DNA of 64,000 bases from a virus (taxonomy: Duplodnaviria > Heunggongvirae > Uroviricota > Caudoviricetes), in IMG/VR virus record IMGVR_UViG_3300031920_000341, positions 144,267 through 208,266 of that record. One strand, given 5' to 3'. A model generated the notes under the pieces. The model searched no databases. It was not told the DNA's origin and saw only the letters and a list, made by a program, of their open reading frames with translations. The position numbers and the translations under genes were made by a program. Shown in pieces: positions 32,148 through 41,192 of this stretch (position 1 is the stretch's first letter; every line of letters begins with the position of its first letter).

Positions 32148-32239
32148 TGAAACAAATCTTTTTATTATTTATTCCTAATAAGTATCTGATATATGAAACT
32201 AATATTAAGTTTTTGATATAATTTAAAAAAATAATCATT

Positions 32240-32653
32240 ATGAATAGAGAAGACTGGAATAAAGCACATAAAGTATGTCCAAAATGTAATAATACAAAAA
32301 TAGCACAAACACTTGCTGGTCCTATAGAAATGGATGGAGTATATTTTGATGATATAAATAAAGCATGGTGTAATGAATGTGGTTGGAGAGGTATGGCAAT
32401 GGATTTAAAGCCAGATCCAAGCGAATCTAAAGAAATGAAAACAGCACAGACCGAACAACCAGTTAGAACCATAGAAGATGAAAAAGTTATATATGCTGCT
32501 ATACCTGATGTCATAGAAACTTTTACTACAATACAAAAAGCGGTTACTTCCGCATTACCACATGAATCTACAATAAAATATACTGATGAAATTTTTATGC
32601 AAATAAAGAAAACGTTAGCAAAAATAGAATCAACTCACCGTAACCAATCATAA
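32240..32653 (+). CDS. hypothetical zinc-ribbon protein
   Basis: CPKCNN...CNECG. Confidence 0.4.
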   Translation: MNREDWNKAHKVCPKCNNTKIAQTLAGPIEMDGVYFDDINKAWCNECGWRGMAMDLKPDPSESKEMKTAQTEQPVRTIEDEKVIYAAIPDVIETFTTIQKAVTSALPHESTIKYTDEIFMQIKKTLAKIESTHRNQS

Positions 32654-32655
32654 TA

Positions 32656-32691
32656 TACTTTTCTGTTTCATTTAAATTGCGTTAATTTGCT
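32656..32691 (+). promoter_or_regulatory. bipartite promoter-like element, copy 3 (TACTTTTCTGTTTCA-N11-TTAATTTGCT)
   Basis: Same element upstream of ATG 32699. Confidence 0.5.
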
Positions 32692-32698
32692 TTTAATT

Positions 32699-32905
32699 AT
32701 GGAAAAAGGAATCCAATATATTAGCAGCCAACGTGGATATGATAAGAACATTAAAGTTAATGTGAAACATATTACAAATGATAAGATTGCCGTAGAATTT
32801 TTATCGGTAACTTCGTTTTGTTGGATAGGTTGGTATAAGTGGTATTTTAGAAATGAATTTGATAATGTATTTGAAACAACTATAGGTACAATTCCAGATA
32901 AATAA
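32699..32905 (+). CDS. hypothetical small protein
   Basis: First ATG after promoter-like element 32656-32691 (the ORF track's TTG start at 32687 lies inside the element). Confidence 0.35.
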   Translation: MEKGIQYISSQRGYDKNIKVNVKHITNDKIAVEFLSVTSFCWIGWYKWYFRNEFDNVFETTIGTIPDK

Positions 32906-32921
32906 TAATAAATGAATTGTA

Positions 32922-33140
32922 ATGAGTAAAGATGATCAAAGTTGGAAACAAAGGAGAACAGAATTTTGTGCACATTTTGTGAACAAAAAGGATACTGATA
33001 TGCATATGTTAATAGTTCCCAGTTCAGCAAATTTAGATTGTTATCACGTTATTATTGAATTTAAAGATGATGATAGTAATATGGAATTTAATTACATGTG
33101 CGGAAATGAAATTGAGAAAAATTATGGTATTTTATTATAA
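32922..33140 (+). CDS. hypothetical small protein
   Basis: 72 aa. Confidence 0.35.
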   Translation: MSKDDQSWKQRRTEFCAHFVNKKDTDMHMLIVPSSANLDCYHVIIEFKDDDSNMEFNYMCGNEIEKNYGILL

Positions 33141-33176
33141 TACTTTTCTGTTTCGAAATAAAAACATATATTTGCA
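33141..33176 (+). promoter_or_regulatory. bipartite promoter-like element, copy 4 (TACTTTTCTGTTTCG-N11-TATATTTGCA)
   Basis: Same element, directly abutting ATG 33177. Confidence 0.5.
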
Positions 33177-33746
33177 ATGACAAATAGAATAAAAGATTTA
33201 CGTTCTTTAAATGAAGAAGTAGAAGTACAGGATACACAAGAATCTGCTCCAGTTGAAGGTGGTTCATTAGTAACAGAAATTATTAATGCTAATCCAGCAG
33301 AAGGATATACTTTATCATCAACTGATGATGGATTAAGTGTTCAAACTTCAACAGGATATACATTTACAATGTCAAATGGCGTACTTGATTTTTATAAACA
33401 ACTCTTTGATGATGGAGCAGAACATGTCAATAGCTACAATAGACATCTTGAAACAGTTGAAACTGCATTATCTACAAATGATTTAAAAGAAGTTGCTCGT
33501 TTATATAAAGTAATTGCAAAATCGTTAGCACCAATTGAAATTAAACCTGATTTATATGCTATACCTGCAATACTCTTAAGAGATGAATCAATTCAGTTTG
33601 AAGAATATAACAAACTTTTTAATGCTTATGCAAAAGAAAATTATGATTTGGATGAAGCAACATCAAGTAAGTTATCAGCAGCAGTTAATAATGGAATTGG
33701 TTACTATAAATTTATCCTACTTCTTTTTGAACATTTAGATAAGTAA
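33177..33746 (+). CDS. hypothetical protein
   Basis: 189 aa; ATG directly abuts promoter-like element 33141-33176. Confidence 0.4.
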   Translation: MTNRIKDLRSLNEEVEVQDTQESAPVEGGSLVTEIINANPAEGYTLSSTDDGLSVQTSTGYTFTMSNGVLDFYKQLFDDGAEHVNSYNRHLETVETALSTNDLKEVARLYKVIAKSLAPIEIKPDLYAIPAILLRDESIQFEEYNKLFNAYAKENYDLDEATSSKLSAAVNNGIGYYKFILLLFEHLDK

Positions 33747-33798
33747 AACTAAAAATTAATATTCAATATAATATAAACTATAATTTAAAACTATTATT

Positions 33799-33996
33799 AT
33801 GATTATAATTAAAATTTTATCATTATTATTTATTGTGTTTGCCTCATATATGATACTTGACTGGATTATACCAGCACTTATCGGTAGACAACCATTTGCT
33901 TTAATGCGTTATGTTTTTAAAGGAAAAGATATTGATGAAGAAATTAAAGACTTTGAATCCCAACAAATGAATAATCAACCTAAAAAAGAAAATTAG
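33799..33996 (+). CDS. small membrane protein
   Basis: IIIKILSLLFIVFASYMILDWIIPALIG hydrophobic N-terminus. Confidence 0.35.
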   Translation: MIIIKILSLLFIVFASYMILDWIIPALIGRQPFALMRYVFKGKDIDEEIKDFESQQMNNQPKKEN

Positions 33997-34051
33997 GTAT
34001 TATTATATCAATTAAATTATTTCAATTAATGTTTAACTAAAATTTTTAACA

Positions 34052-35281
34052 ATGAACAATCCAAATTTAAGCAGAACTAAAAAAAGTTCTGGAATGCTTT
34101 TTGCCATTATCGGGGTGGTATTTTTAATCTTCGGTGCGATTGCCCTAAACATGTCTATGGTAAACGTAGACGCAGATGAAATTGTAGTAACACAGGATCC
34201 ATATGATGGAGAACTACATTTCTATTTCTCACCAGGCCTTCAATTTACAAGGTTCGGCCAGGTAACACGATATACGAAAGAGAGTCCCTATTGGTTTTCT
34301 TCACAAGAAGATCAAGGTACAGATGCAGATCAATCAATTCGTATTAGATTCTCAGATGGTGGACATGCTAAAATATCCGGTTCTTTTAGGTGGAAATTAC
34401 CACTTGGTGAAGAAGCAATGCGTAATGTGCATACATTATATGGAAGTCAATTTAACGTAGAACAAGAATTAATTCGACCAGTTATTGAAAAAGCGGTATA
34501 TATGACTGGCCCGTTGATGTCTTCTAAAGAATCATATTCCGAAAAACGTAATGACCTATTATCTTATATAGAAGATCAAACAACAAATGGTGTATACAAA
34601 ACTAAAACAGAAGAAAAACGTGGAATTGATATTTTATCCGGTACTGAAAAAACATTTACCATTGTAACTATTAATGAAGATAAAGATGGAAATCAATTAA
34701 GGCAAGAGGTATCACCCTTTAAAACCTTTAATATTACATCTTATAACTATTCCATTAATACAATTACATATGATGCAACCGTTGAAACACAAATTAAGAC
34801 TCAACAGGAAGCCATGATGGCAGTTCAGACATCTATTGCAGAAGCAAAGAAAGCGGAACAGAATGCAATTAAAGTTGAAAAAGAAGGCCAAGCTAATGCA
34901 GCAAAGGCCAAGTGGGCACAAGAGGAGCTTAACTATAAAGAAATTGCTCTTGCTGAAAAAGATGTTATCGTAAGTGAAAATAAGATGAAATCTGCCGAAT
35001 TTTTCAAGAAAGAACAGATTCTTATAGGTGAAGGTGAAGCTGCACGTAAACGACTTGTAATGCAAGCTGATGGTGCTTTAGAAAAGAAACTTAAAACTTA
35101 TGAAAGAGTTATGGGACAGGCATTCAAAGCAATGGCAGAATATAGAGGAAACTGGGTACCTACTACAGTTATCGGTGCTGATGGTTCCGGTGGTGGATAT
35201 AATGGTGCACAAACTATGATTGATGCATTATCAGTAAAAACATTAAATGATCTTGCACTCGACATGAGAGTTAAAAAATAA
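34052..35281 (+). CDS. SPFH/band-7 (prohibitin/HflKC-like) domain membrane protein
   Basis: N-terminal TM anchor, central band-7-like region, Ala/Lys/Glu/Gln-rich coiled-coil tail (QQEAMMAVQTSIAEAKKAEQNAIKVEKEGQANAAKAKWAQEE); terminator 35321-35351. Confidence 0.55.
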   Translation: MNNPNLSRTKKSSGMLFAIIGVVFLIFGAIALNMSMVNVDADEIVVTQDPYDGELHFYFSPGLQFTRFGQVTRYTKESPYWFSSQEDQGTDADQSIRIRFSDGGHAKISGSFRWKLPLGEEAMRNVHTLYGSQFNVEQELIRPVIEKAVYMTGPLMSSKESYSEKRNDLLSYIEDQTTNGVYKTKTEEKRGIDILSGTEKTFTIVTINEDKDGNQLRQEVSPFKTFNITSYNYSINTITYDATVETQIKTQQEAMMAVQTSIAEAKKAEQNAIKVEKEGQANAAKAKWAQEELNYKEIALAEKDVIVSENKMKSAEFFKKEQILIGEGEAARKRLVMQADGALEKKLKTYERVMGQAFKAMAEYRGNWVPTTVIGADGSGGGYNGAQTMIDALSVKTLNDLALDMRVKK

Positions 35282-35320
35282 ACAGCCAATTTACATTTTT
35301 TATTATTGTCAAAAAAGACC

Positions 35321-35351
35321 GGCGTAAACCGGTCTTTTTTAGTTTAAAAAT
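35321..35351 (+). terminator. intrinsic terminator
   Basis: AAAAAAGACCGG-CGTAAA-CCGGTCTTTTTT. Confidence 0.8.
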
Positions 35352-35400
35352 TAAAACTAATTCTTATTTTTTCATATAATATTAAACTTAAATTTATTAT

Positions 35401-36429
35401 ATGAATTCATTAGACAAGCAATATTTACAATCATTAGAAACAATTCTCAATACTGGTAATAAAAGAGGTGATAGAACAGGAACTGGTACAATAAGTATAT
35501 TTGATTATACAATAGATCATAATATACAAGAGGGTTTCCCATTACTTACAACTAAACGAGTTTGGTTTAAAGGTGTTTTACATGAATTGTTATGGTTTTT
35601 ATCTGGTGATATGAATATTAAATATCTTGTTAAGAATAATGTTAATATATGGAATGATTGGCCATATAAGAAGTATACTGAAAATGTAGCTAATCCATTA
35701 TCAATGGAAGAGTATGTTAAGAAAATTATTGAAGATGATGATTTTGCAAAACAATATGGTGATGTCGGTCGTATATATGGTGCACAGTGGTTAAATTGGA
35801 CGGATACGACAGAGCGTGTTAATGGAGATGAAACTATACGTAAGCGTATTGGATTAAATCAAATAGATAACTTGATACATACGCTTAAAACTAACCCAGA
35901 GGATAGACGAATGATTGTTACTGCATGGAACCCTGCTGAAATTAAAGAAGCTGCACTTCCAAGTTGTCATTATAATTTTCAATGTTATTCTGAAGAACTT
36001 ACCGATCAAGAACGTGTTAATATAATAAACGAAAGATTTAATAATAAATGTAAAGTTAATCCAGAAACATTGCAAGACTTAGAAGCTTTTGGTATTCCAA
36101 AACGTAAATTATCATTGAAATGGGCGGGTCGTTCAATTGATTCCTTTTTAGGTGGACCGTTTGATATAGCATCATATGGATTATTTTTAATAATGCTTGC
36201 ACAAGTAACAAATCATATTCCACATAGATTAATTAGTACATTTGGTGATTATCATATTTATATGAATCATATAAATCAAGTGAAACAGCAATTACAAAAT
36301 GAAGGGCATGATTTACCAATCGTAAAAATTAATCCTGATATAAAATCAATTTATGATTTTAAGTATAAAGATTTTGAATTAATTAATTATAAACATGATG
36401 GTACAATAAAAGCACCAATTAGTGTTTAA
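35401..36429 (+). CDS. thyA: thymidylate synthase
   Basis: RTGTGTISIFDYTIDHN...GFPLLTTKRVWFKGVLHELLWFLSGDMN and active-site ALPSCHYNFQCY. Carries insertions in the small domain, as in some Gram-positive/phage ThyA. Confidence 0.9.
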   Translation: MNSLDKQYLQSLETILNTGNKRGDRTGTGTISIFDYTIDHNIQEGFPLLTTKRVWFKGVLHELLWFLSGDMNIKYLVKNNVNIWNDWPYKKYTENVANPLSMEEYVKKIIEDDDFAKQYGDVGRIYGAQWLNWTDTTERVNGDETIRKRIGLNQIDNLIHTLKTNPEDRRMIVTAWNPAEIKEAALPSCHYNFQCYSEELTDQERVNIINERFNNKCKVNPETLQDLEAFGIPKRKLSLKWAGRSIDSFLGGPFDIASYGLFLIMLAQVTNHIPHRLISTFGDYHIYMNHINQVKQQLQNEGHDLPIVKINPDIKSIYDFKYKDFELINYKHDGTIKAPISV

Positions 36430-36522
36430 TCAATATATTTATAATTTTTAAATTTAATATTTGGTGATTTTATTCTATGTTGTATTGTTGTATAATATAA
36501 AAAGGACATATCTATTTAAGAA

Positions 36523-36795
36523 ATGATATCATACAGTAATAAAGAAATAGAGAAATACAAAAGAATTCCGAATCATGCATATGATACATATTCATTTGAT
36601 ATTGTATATACTCATGAAGATGGAACTAAAGAGATTTGTAAATGTGAATCAACAGAAGATGAAGATGGATTAAAAACATGGGAGTTAGGAATGTTTACAA
36701 CAAAAGCAGGTGAAGATATTTTAGCCGTATTTGGCGGAAGAATTATTAATAAACAAGTAAAAAAATTAAAGAAAAATGGCAAATACAAAAAGTAG
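36523..36795 (+). CDS. hypothetical protein
   Basis: 90 aa. Confidence 0.35.
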   Translation: MISYSNKEIEKYKRIPNHAYDTYSFDIVYTHEDGTKEICKCESTEDEDGLKTWELGMFTTKAGEDILAVFGGRIINKQVKKLKKNGKYKK

Positions 36796-36961
36796 TGGAA
36801 TAGGTTTTGCTGGATTATTAGCAATAGTATTTATAGTATTAAAATTAGTAGGCACTATTACATGGTCCTGGTGGTGGATATTAAGTCCAATTTGGATTCC
36901 TAGTATAATTGGATTATCAATTTTTATTCTTATACTAGTTATAGCAGGTTTATTAGATTAA
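36776..36961 (+). CDS. small membrane protein
   Basis: Two hydrophobic helices (GFAGLLAIVFIVLKLVG...SIFILILVIAGLL). Confidence 0.35.
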   Translation: MANTKSSGIGFAGLLAIVFIVLKLVGTITWSWWWILSPIWIPSIIGLSIFILILVIAGLLD

Positions 36962-36983
36962 TTTAATTTAAATTTAATAAAGC

Positions 36984-37415
36984 ATGAGTTATAATACATA
37001 TGATGAAAATCAAACAATACCTACACCATTACCTCCTCTTTCAGAAAGAGATAAGGAAATATATATTTTAAAGAATAAGATTAAGGTATACATAGCAAGT
37101 CCATATACAAATGGTGATGTTGCAGTGAACGTAAAAAATCAGATAGATATTACCGATCAGTTAATGGATCTTGGATTTATACCATTTACTCCATTATACA
37201 GTCATTTTCAGCATATGGCTCATCCAAGATCATATCAAGAGTGGATTGAATATGGTAAGGCATGGGTTGTTATGTGTGATGCGCTTTATCGAATTCCCAG
37301 TGAGCTTATAAGTATTGGTGCAGACGATGAAGTAGAACTTGCACATGATTATGATATTCCTGTATTTTATGATATTGATTATATGGTTAAATACTTTAAA
37401 AAAATGGATAAATAA
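36984..37415 (+). CDS. hypothetical protein (nucleoside 2-deoxyribosyltransferase-like fold suspected)
   Basis: KVYIASPYTNGD...AWVVMCDALYRIPSELISIGADDEVELAH; weak resemblance only. Confidence 0.3.
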   Translation: MSYNTYDENQTIPTPLPPLSERDKEIYILKNKIKVYIASPYTNGDVAVNVKNQIDITDQLMDLGFIPFTPLYSHFQHMAHPRSYQEWIEYGKAWVVMCDALYRIPSELISIGADDEVELAHDYDIPVFYDIDYMVKYFKKMDK

Positions 37416-37663
37416 TGGACATTAAACACATATCGGAAGAAGATTTTAAAGAAATTATTATTACTGTTGATGATGAATTATATCATATAGCAAATAGTAT
37501 ACATAAGCATATTCCTAAAATGAAATATGAAGTCAATGAATTTCCAATTATGTGTTCATCAGATGGACAGAAATTATTTATTTCTAAATCATTTCCACGT
37601 GAAGTCGGTGAGAAAGATACACATAGATTTAAAATAACTATTGAAAAAATACCTTATGAATAA
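37415..37663 (+). CDS. hypothetical protein
   Basis: 82 aa, TAATG-coupled. Confidence 0.35.
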   Translation: MDIKHISEEDFKEIIITVDDELYHIANSIHKHIPKMKYEVNEFPIMCSSDGQKLFISKSFPREVGEKDTHRFKITIEKIPYE

Positions 37664-38028
37664 TGGATATTAAACAAACAAGTAAAGAAATACATGAGAA
37701 TGCTATTGATAAAGGATTTTGGTCAGAAGGTCAAAATATAGGCGAGAAACTTATGTTAATTGTATCTGAACTTGGTGAAGCAATGGCAGCACATCGTAAA
37801 GATAAATTTGCTTTTACTAAATTTGATCTATCTGAAATAACAGATATAAAATTATTTATACAAATTTTTGAAAATACAATAAAAGATACATTTGAAGATG
37901 AACTTGCTGATGCTATTATAGTATTACTTGATTTAGCATATGCAATGGGTATTGATATAGAAAAGCATATAATTCTAAAGAACAAGTATAATAAAACAAG
38001 AGAACATTTACACAGTAAAAAATATTAA
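37663..38028 (+). CDS. mazG: MazG-like nucleoside triphosphate pyrophosphohydrolase
   Basis: EKLMLIVSELGEAMAAHRK and EDELADAIIVLLDLAYAMGIDIEKHIILKNKYNKTR match the MazG EExxE/D signatures. Confidence 0.8.
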   Translation: MDIKQTSKEIHENAIDKGFWSEGQNIGEKLMLIVSELGEAMAAHRKDKFAFTKFDLSEITDIKLFIQIFENTIKDTFEDELADAIIVLLDLAYAMGIDIEKHIILKNKYNKTREHLHSKKY

Positions 38029-38088
38029 TATAGCTAGTCTAAAAATTGGTGACTATTTTAAAGAAAAATACGAAAACCCAGACGTACA

Positions 38089-38277
38089 ATGAATACATAC
38101 ACATCAAAACCGTATGATATATATGGACAGTTCAAACATGGTGGAGAAACCTGGATCCTCATTGAGGTAGATGGATACATGTTAAAAGGAATTAGTATTA
38201 CGCCACTTGGAAAAATTCATAAATTACATATTCATAAATTACAGGTTTATGATTTAATATATTTAACCGAAGAATAA
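38089..38277 (+). CDS. hypothetical protein
   Basis: 62 aa. Confidence 0.3.
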   Translation: MNTYTSKPYDIYGQFKHGGETWILIEVDGYMLKGISITPLGKIHKLHIHKLQVYDLIYLTEE

Positions 38278-38283
38278 TTAATT

Positions 38284-38496
38284 ATGAAAATAATATCATA
38301 TAGTAGAGAAGATCTACTTAATTTTATAAGCATAGATTATATTTCTAGTATACCTTATTGGCATACTCAATCAGATTTAAACGAACTATTGAATAAAGTG
38401 GCTGATTCACAAAATTTAGATATTAGTAGATGTAGTAATCTTAAGATTATACATCCTAAGAACATGTCACCAAGGTTTCAATTTCAATATGAATAA
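38284..38496 (+). CDS. hypothetical protein
   Basis: 70 aa. Confidence 0.3.
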   Translation: MKIISYSREDLLNFISIDYISSIPYWHTQSDLNELLNKVADSQNLDISRCSNLKIIHPKNMSPRFQFQYE

Positions 38497-38661
38497 TAAA
38501 TTTTGAATATATAATTAAAATAATCCAGTTCAATGAGACGAACAAATATTTCTTTACGATTGCGCACTGCACGAATTCGTCCATTGGGATTAATTTTACG
38601 ATGTAGGTAATTCCCATACTTTTCCATTTCAATTTAATTTTGTATATTTGTAAAATAATTT

Positions 38662-38734
38662 GGGTTTGTCGTCCAATTGAATAGGATTCCAGATTACGGA
38701 TCTGGGGATACGGGTTTGAATCCTGTCAAGCTCA
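38662..38734 (+). tRNA. tRNA-Arg (anticodon ACG) with non-canonical D/T loops
   Basis: Manual fold: acceptor GGGTTTG/CAAGCTC (5 Watson-Crick + 2 GU), D stem GTCC/GGAT, anticodon stem CCAGA/TCTGG with loop TTACGGA, T stem ACGGG/CCTGT with loop TTTGAAT. D loop AATTGAATA has A19 and the T loop has U56 (covarying replacement of G19:C56). TATATTTGTA box lies 8 nt upstream. Confidence 0.45.
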
Positions 38735-38749
38735 CTAAAATAAAAGATT

Positions 38750-39484
38750 ATGCTGATAGTTAGTAAATTTCATGATTATTATGATTCATCAATGGGAGTT
38801 CATGGTATTGATAAAACAATTGTATATGAACGACATACTAAAATGAAACATTTTAATAAACATGGAGATACTGTTGATTGGGATAAAAAGAATTCGGTCT
38901 TTGACATATTTGAAGAAAAATATAAAGCAAATTTTGGCCAAAGATATAGACCAGGTATTTTATCATATGATGATAATCATAATGGTGAATATTTTATAGT
39001 TGGATTTTGTGGTTATACATATCTTGGATTTAGATATAAACCATATTTGAAAGATCCTATATATTATTATGGCGAAGATATTTTAAAGTTCTTTAATCGT
39101 TATAAAAAAAGAAGACTTCATAAGAATCCTTCAAAATCAGACTTAAATAATATAAGCATACAATTCAATAAAGTAAAGAATTGGATTAATCTTATTCATG
39201 GCGCAGAGGTTATTGAGCAGTTTAGAGAATATAATACGCCTATATTTATAGAAATGAAAAATGCTATTGAAATTAATCCTAAACTTTTAGATTGGAGGTT
39301 TGTTGATGTATTTTCAAGTTATGCTGCATTTCAGCTCATACAATCATTTATAAGCGGTGTGCTAGGTACAAACGAGAATAAAGTATTAGATGTTGATGAG
39401 AAGCATCGTATAGCTCAACATGGTATGGATAAATGGTCATTTAGGAATCCTGACCCGCCTAAACGTAAACAAAAGAAAAAATGA
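38750..39484 (+). CDS. hypothetical protein with basic C-terminus
   Basis: 244 aa, ends PPKRKQKKK. Confidence 0.35.
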   Translation: MLIVSKFHDYYDSSMGVHGIDKTIVYERHTKMKHFNKHGDTVDWDKKNSVFDIFEEKYKANFGQRYRPGILSYDDNHNGEYFIVGFCGYTYLGFRYKPYLKDPIYYYGEDILKFFNRYKKRRLHKNPSKSDLNNISIQFNKVKNWINLIHGAEVIEQFREYNTPIFIEMKNAIEINPKLLDWRFVDVFSSYAAFQLIQSFISGVLGTNENKVLDVDEKHRIAQHGMDKWSFRNPDPPKRKQKKK

Positions 39485-39572
39485 AAATATACGTAATGTG
39501 TTATTATCTTTTAACGTTTACCTATTATTGTGTTTACTTATTGTAGATATATAATATAAATATAACACTATA

Positions 39573-40214
39573 ATGGATATAAAAAATCGTTGGTCAAAAC
39601 AAAATTTAGAACAATTAGTAAATGAATGTTCAACATTAACTGAAGTTTTAAATAAAATGAATGTATCAAAAAGTTCATTTAAAAAATTAAAAATAAAATT
39701 AAATGAACATGAAATTGATTATTCTAAATTTTATATAAGTAAAACTAAATATGAAAAAAATAATTTAATTGTTGTTATTAAAACTTCATATTCATTACGT
39801 GAAGTTTTATATAAATTAAAAGTAAAACAAGTAGGTGGTAATTATAAAACATTAAAAAAATATATTGAATTATATAATATAAATATATCACATTTTACTG
39901 GACAAGGATATAATGTTGGAGATAAATTTAAACAATTTTCAAGTAATAAAATAGATTTAAATGATATTTTAATTAATAATTCAACTTATACAAATACAAC
40001 AAGATTAAAAAAGAGATTAATAAAAAAAGAACTGCTTAAAAATAAATGTTATGAATGTGGGATTGATCCAAAATGGAATAATAAAATTTTAGTTTTACAA
40101 TTAGATCATATTAATGGAATTAATAATGATAATAGATTAAAAAATCTAAGAATACTTTGTCCTAATTGTCATTCGCAAACTAAAACATTTTGTGGATCAA
40201 ATAATAAAAAATAA
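39573..40214 (+). CDS. HNH homing endonuclease
   Basis: CYECG...LQLDHINGINNDNRLKNLRILCPNCHS = HNH motif. Immediately upstream of tRNA-Leu. Confidence 0.75.
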   Translation: MDIKNRWSKQNLEQLVNECSTLTEVLNKMNVSKSSFKKLKIKLNEHEIDYSKFYISKTKYEKNNLIVVIKTSYSLREVLYKLKVKQVGGNYKTLKKYIELYNINISHFTGQGYNVGDKFKQFSSNKIDLNDILINNSTYTNTTRLKKRLIKKELLKNKCYECGIDPKWNNKILVLQLDHINGINNDNRLKNLRILCPNCHSQTKTFCGSNNKK

Positions 40215-40215
40215 T

Positions 40216-40299
40216 GCTTCAATGTCGGAATTGGTTATACGAGATGGACTTAAAATTCATTGTCCTTGTGGCGTGTGAGTTCGAATCTCACTTGGAGTA
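40216..40299 (+). tRNA. tRNA-Leu (anticodon TAA), type II
   Basis: Acceptor GCTTCAA/TTGGAGT (5 Watson-Crick + 2 GU), 3-bp D stem TCG/CGA with 12-nt loop containing GG, anticodon stem ATGGA/TTCAT with loop CTTAAAA, 14-nt variable arm, T arm GTGAG-TTCGAAT-CTCAC, discriminator A. Confidence 0.7.
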
Positions 40300-40306
40300 C
40301 TAAATT

Positions 40307-40339
40307 AGAGTGGGAGTTCGACTCTCCTCTGAGCTACAG
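40307..40339 (+). other. orphan tRNA 3'-half-like fragment (T arm + 3' acceptor strand)
   Basis: GGGAG-TTCGACT-CTCCT-CTGAGCT-A has a canonical T loop and a 7-nt 3' acceptor-like strand but no matching 5' half; lies 8 nt after tRNA-Leu. Confidence 0.4.
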
Positions 40340-40374
40340 CATTAGAATTAGTATTAACATTTAAAAAATAAAAA

Positions 40375-40740
40375 ATGAACATTAGAAATTTTAAAATTGG
40401 TGATTGTATTTACAGAACAGCTCCAGCAGATCAAGACGGAAGTTACATGAATGAAAAAATGATTTTTGTTGGGATTAAGAATGGTATTATTCATTTAATT
40501 AAAGGAGAAGAAGAAAGATATTCATTAGGTATTGGACGTTTAGTTGAGGTTGGAATTAAAAGAGGTTGGGATGAAAATTGGGAATTATGGGAAAGTACTG
40601 AAGAAATGTATGATACTGCAATTGAAGTATTAATGGAAAAAAGAAAACAAAAAACAAAACAACGTATTGCTGATATGAAAAAATCAATTGAAGTGAAAAC
40701 AAATAAATTAATTTCAGCAATTATAATTAAATTACGCTGA
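40375..40740 (+). CDS. hypothetical protein
   Basis: 121 aa between two tRNA genes. Confidence 0.35.
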   Translation: MNIRNFKIGDCIYRTAPADQDGSYMNEKMIFVGIKNGIIHLIKGEEERYSLGIGRLVEVGIKRGWDENWELWESTEEMYDTAIEVLMEKRKQKTKQRIADMKKSIEVKTNKLISAIIIKLR

Positions 40741-40750
40741 ATTAATATAA

Positions 40751-40824
40751 AGGCACGTAGCTCAGTCTGGTAGAGCAATTCTCTGATAAGGAATAGGTCG
40801 GCAGTTCGAATCTGCCCGTCCCTA
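40751..40824 (+). tRNA. tRNA-Ile (anticodon GAT)
   Basis: AGGCACG-TA-GCTC-AGTCTGGTA-GAGC-A-ATTCT-CTGATAA-GGAAT-AGGTC-GGCAG-TTCGAAT-CTGCC-CGTCCCT-A; one C:C mismatch in the acceptor stem. Confidence 0.7.
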
Positions 40825-41192
40825 CGTAGATTGCTGTAGTTTCACCTGTTATTGCACCAGGAAAGAAAAGGCAGTAAGGGATTTATAGAGATACCAAAGG
40901 TTATGCAAGCCACTCTTAGTAAGAAAGTAGTTCTAATCCCCTATAAGGGAGACAGCTTAAAAGCAGTGTTGCGAAAGTTATGTTAAGGCATAAATCACTG
41001 ATCTTGTTGAAACTATTACTTATGATTTAAAATAATATACATATATGTTTAGTAAATTAAAACTTAAAAATGTATTACATAGAACCTGAAGATCAAACAT
41101 CTATTTCTGCTTATATAATCTGGGAAGAATGTGAAAATTTTATAATAAGTGTTTATACAGTAGTGGATAAATAATAAAAATATCAATTTGTT

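Noticed and set aside
32668-33030. Minus-strand ORF of 120 aa overlapping two plus-strand small genes
   Set aside because: It spans plus-strand ORFs 32699-32905 and 32922-33140. The former is preceded by a copy of the conserved promoter element, and the minus ORF has no comparable support
33167-33179. Concern that the -7-like box TATATTTG ends only 2 nt before ATG 33177, incompatible with a promoter
   Set aside because: Not rejected as an element (8 conserved copies argue for function), but promoter function at this copy is uncertain. The transcript could be leaderless or the true start could be a downstream ATG, so it is kept with lowered confidence
40216-40339. Second complete tRNA directly after tRNA-Leu
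   Set aside because: Only a T arm and 3' acceptor strand are present (40307-40339); no complementary 5' acceptor strand, D arm or anticodon arm could be found on either strand, so it is recorded as a fragment only
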